A stretch of DNA of 34,590 nt, taken from IMG/VR virus record IMGVR_UViG_3300029951_000077; one strand, given 5' to 3'. Of this stretch, positions 32,822 to 34,590 are shown one piece after another. Every line of letters begins with the position of its first letter. The first letter of the stretch is position 1. This DNA is from a virus. The position numbers were made by a program, and so were the translations under genes. The notes beneath the pieces are model-generated. The model ran no database searches, had not been told where the DNA came from, and worked only from the letters and a program-made list of their open reading frames with translations.

Positions 32822-32880
32822 GCTGCCCACCGGTCGCCGCGTGACCCCCCTCACCGCGGCTAACCCGCCCGGTGGGCAGC
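32822..32880 (+). other. long nested hairpin (12-bp perfect outer stem plus a 9-bp inner stem with a C6 loop)
   Basis: Outer stem GCTGCCCACCGG (32822-32833) / CCGGTGGGCAGC (32869-32880). Inner stem GCCGCGTGA-CCCCCC-TCA(C)CGCGGC. Confidence 0.5.
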
Positions 32881-32903
32881 ATCACTCCCCCACAAAAGAA
32901 AGT

Positions 32904-32925
32904 GGGCCTCGCGCGAACGAGGCCC
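32904..32925. terminator. 8-bp GC hairpin
   Basis: GGGCCTCG-CGCGAA-CGAGGCCC. It is preceded by an A-rich run on the + strand, which gives a U-tract on the minus strand. Confidence 0.4.
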
Positions 32926-32949
32926 AGAACCAAAAGGAGATACGTCCAA

Positions 32950-33159
32950 ATGGCTACAGCCAATCGTAAAGCACGCAAGGCATCCGGCGAGAAGTTCGTC
33001 CGCGTGCCGAAGGTCGGAACGCCACTCGAGGAACGTGCCGAGTTCAACCGTATGGTTCCCGGGGCATCCGGCACGAAGTTCTTCGGCAAGCTCGTGCCGG
33101 TCTCAGCGAAACGCCTCGCTCGCGCGCTCAAGGATCGCGGCATCGAGGTGGAGAAATGA
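32950..33159 (+). CDS. hypothetical basic protein
   Basis: ATG 32950 follows AAAAGGAGA. 69 aa: MATANRKARKASGEKF... Confidence 0.6.
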   Translation: MATANRKARKASGEKFVRVPKVGTPLEERAEFNRMVPGASGTKFFGKLVPVSAKRLARALKDRGIEVEK

Positions 33160-33488
33160 CGACAACCGCCGCTTTTGACCTTGATTCCCTGTCTCACCGT
33201 GGCGACCCCGACACATCCCGGGATGCTGCGAAATCGCAGGAGAAGAAACTGTCGGAGATGCATGAGGTCATCCTCGGTATCTTCCGTGACCACCCGGAAG
33301 GTTTGACCAGCGATCAGCTCGCGATCATCTACCGGGACAACCAAGCCGCTCAGGGTTGGCCGGAAGCGCTCGAGGCGACACCGATCAAACGGAAATCCGA
33401 CCTCGCCAATCTCGGCAAGCTGGTTATGACGGATGAGCGTCGCCTTAACCGTCACAACTTCTTCGAAGCCGTGTGGGTGCTCGCATGA
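33156..33488 (+). CDS. winged-helix DNA-binding protein
   Basis: HRGDPDTSRDAA...EVILGIFRDHPEGLTSDQLA...RKSDLANLGKLVMTDERRLNRHNFFEAVWVL, a pattern common to a phage winged-helix family. Confidence 0.6.
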   Translation: MTTTAAFDLDSLSHRGDPDTSRDAAKSQEKKLSEMHEVILGIFRDHPEGLTSDQLAIIYRDNQAAQGWPEALEATPIKRKSDLANLGKLVMTDERRLNRHNFFEAVWVLA

Positions 33489-33574
33489 TCGCCGTCATCA
33501 TCCTCGCCATCTTCTGCGTCGCCGTCCCCGTGCTGGTCCTCTGGACTGCTTCCGTTGATCGGAGACGCGCATGA
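33485..33574 (+). CDS. 29-aa hydrophobic peptide (possible)
   Basis: ATGA overlaps at both ends. Translation: MIAVIILAIFCVAVPVLVLWTASVDRRRA. Confidence 0.35.
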   Translation: MIAVIILAIFCVAVPVLVLWTASVDRRRA

Positions 33575-33771
33575 GTGTCCTGCTGAACGGTCGCCCCTGG
33601 CTCGGCACCGTCCAAGTGGAGGCACCCCTGTCGGAGATTCAACGGTGGGCTGAGAAAGGCATCGAACTCGGTGTTCCCGGTTTGGAGATCCACGACGACA
33701 CCGTGTTCCTGGATGTCGCGGACGGGGTCACCAACTTTGTGCCCACCGCCGAGTTCGCGGAGGTTTCGTGA
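33571..33771 (+). CDS. hypothetical protein
   Basis: 66-aa ORF, coupled on both sides. Confidence 0.55.
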   Translation: MSVLLNGRPWLGTVQVEAPLSEIQRWAEKGIELGVPGLEIHDDTVFLDVADGVTNFVPTAEFAEVS

Positions 33772-33890
33772 TGGATACGACGCCTCTTGCCTTGCTGGCT
33801 GTGATGGCTGCTGCGGTCACTGTTGCCTGCATCGTCTTCGTGGCCCGCGCGATGCACCGTGAAGCGCTCGAGCGAAAGGCCGAACAGTGA
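33771..33890 (+). CDS. 39-aa single-TM peptide (possible)
   Basis: TGATG overlap. Translation: MDTTPLALLAVMAAAVTVACIVFVARAMHREALERKAEQ. Confidence 0.4.
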   Translation: MDTTPLALLAVMAAAVTVACIVFVARAMHREALERKAEQ

Positions 33891-34051
33891 GGCGCGTATC
33901 TCGCTGGTTCAAGGCAGACCACTACTACACGTTCGGTGAGCAGGTCGGTCGTGTCCTCGCACTCGTCCTGATCGCCATGTTCGTCGCCCTCCTGATTTGG
34001 GGTTGGACGGACCGCATCATTCTCCCCATCTTCGACTACCAACCCCACTGA
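33887..34051 (+). CDS. 54-aa single-TM protein (possible)
   Basis: GTGA overlap. Translation: VRRVSRWFKADHYYTFGEQVGRVLALVLIAMFVALLIWGWTDRIILPIFDYQPH. Confidence 0.4.
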   Translation: MRRVSRWFKADHYYTFGEQVGRVLALVLIAMFVALLIWGWTDRIILPIFDYQPH

Positions 34052-34060
34052 AAGCAGATC

Positions 34061-34590
34061 ATGACTTCCCCGAAGAAAACTCCCCCGCTGGTCGCCTACA
34101 AAGGCTTCGACCAGAACATGCAATGCCGTGGCTTCCAGTACAAGGAAGGCGAAACGTATGAGCAGGTTGACCCTGCTGTTCTCTGCAAGACCGGTTTCCA
34201 TGCCGTCACAATGCCGTTGGATGTCCTCCGCTACTACCCGGCCAACAAGTCCGTGTTTCACCTGGTGGAGCTTGAAGATGTTGCGGACGGTAAAGAGTCC
34301 GACTCGAAGGTCGCGGGTCGGAAGATCAAGATCGGTGCCCGCATTGAACTGCCTGCGCTGATCAAAGCGCAAGTCGATTTCGTGTTCTCGAACTCGAAGA
34401 AGGTTGCTGGTGCGTCGTCTGCGAAGGCGAACGCGGCGGTTGCTGCCGAGGTTGAGTCTGGTGCGGCTACCGCGTCTGGGCGCTACGGTGCGGCTACCGC
34501 GTCTGGGTACTCTGGTGCGGCTACCGCGTCTGGGTACTCTGGTGCGGCTACCGCGTCTGGGTACTCTGGTGCGGCTACCGCGTCTGGGGG
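34061..34590 (+). CDS. N-terminal part of the tandem-repeat protein (DUF7666-like N-domain plus GAATASG-xx nonapeptide repeats); continues at 2-292
   Basis: YKGFDQNMQCRGFQYKEGETYEQ..VLCKTGFHAVTMPLDVLRYYPANKSVFHLVELEDV..SKVAGRKIKIG matches the KGF..C.GFQY..G..Y....C..GFHA...PLDV..YY pattern I associate with the DUF7666 family. It runs off the window end in the phase that continues at position 2. Confidence 0.8.
   Translation, partial: MTSPKKTPPLVAYKGFDQNMQCRGFQYKEGETYEQVDPAVLCKTGFHAVTMPLDVLRYYPANKSVFHLVELEDVADGKESDSKVAGRKIKIGARIELPALIKAQVDFVFSNSKKVAGASSAKANAAVAAEVESGAATASGRYGAATASGYSGAATASGYSGAATASGYSGAATASG
34460..34590 (+). repeat. 27-bp in-frame tandem repeat (units at 34460, 34487, 34514, 34541, 34568)
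   Basis: Perfect 21-nt core GGTGCGGCTACCGCGTCTGGG plus a 6-nt variable tail (CGCTAC, TACTCT x3, GGCTAC across the junction). Confidence 0.95.

Larger units (their letters stand above)
1..34590 (+). mobile_element. Complete or near-complete temperate siphovirus-like phage genome (circularly permuted contig), actinobacterial-style high GC
   Basis: All phage modules are present and co-oriented: lysogeny, early/recombination/replication, HNH+terS+terL, head, tail, lysis. The first 21 nt equal the last 21 nt, and the gene cut by the window ends stays in frame across the junction. Confidence 0.85.

Noticed and set aside
32872-32949. GTG 32872 as the start of the 32872-33159 ORF.
   Set aside because: It would place the start inside the right arm of the 12-bp hairpin and translate through the second hairpin. 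ATG 32950 has a strong AAAAGGAGA RBS.
34460-34590. The 27-bp perfect repeats as a possible CRISPR array or DGR variable repeat.
   Set aside because: The units are directly adjacent with no spacers. They are in frame within a protein-coding gene. No cas genes, reverse transcriptase or template repeat exist in the window.

Overview
The window reads as one complete, circularly permuted genome of a temperate siphovirus-type phage or prophage. It is about 34.57 kb once a 21-nt overlap between the two window ends is removed. GC is high (about 60-63% in lines I sampled; a lower patch near 53-57% at 6-9 kb). Frequent GTG/TTG starts, ATGA/GTGA coupled gene junctions and apparent leaderless starts suggest an actinobacterial host.

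Almost everything is on the + strand. In circular order:
- Lysogeny/immunity: membrane protein with an FtsK-gamma domain (minus strand), XRE repressor, short XerC/D-like tyrosine integrase, MerR/excisionase-like HTH (30.7-32.8 kb).
- A long translationally coupled early operon (32.95 kb, across the junction, to 10.1 kb). It holds winged-helix and HTH proteins, three tiny membrane peptides, a 27-bp tandem-repeat protein that spans the window ends, YqaJ exonuclease plus a putative annealing protein, a PD-(D/E)XK resolvase-like nuclease, two adjacent HNH endonucleases, a replication-organiser-like protein, a MazG-like protein, many ORFans and a third HNH.
- A 370-bp structured non-coding region that probably contains cos or the packaging site.
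- terS, terL, portal, MuF-like, scaffold, capsid, connectors, major tail (IPT/TIG Ig-like C-terminus), G/G-T chaperones with a -1 frameshift, 900-aa tape measure, tail-tip proteins, and a tail fibre with an S74 intramolecular-chaperone C-terminus.
- A two-gene minus-strand insert (small HTH plus single-pass membrane protein).
- An unusually elaborate lysis block.

I saw no tRNA, rRNA, CRISPR array or reverse transcriptase.

The most interesting candidates are:
- The motor-less membrane-anchored FtsK-gamma protein beside the Xer-like integrase.
- The reverse-strand HTH plus membrane cassette between tail fibre and lysin.
- The five-gene lysis block, with a collagen-like membrane protein and a membrane-anchored papain-like peptidase.
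- The repeat protein, whose repeats vary only at two codons.

All functional calls come from motif recognition by eye. None has been checked by a database search.
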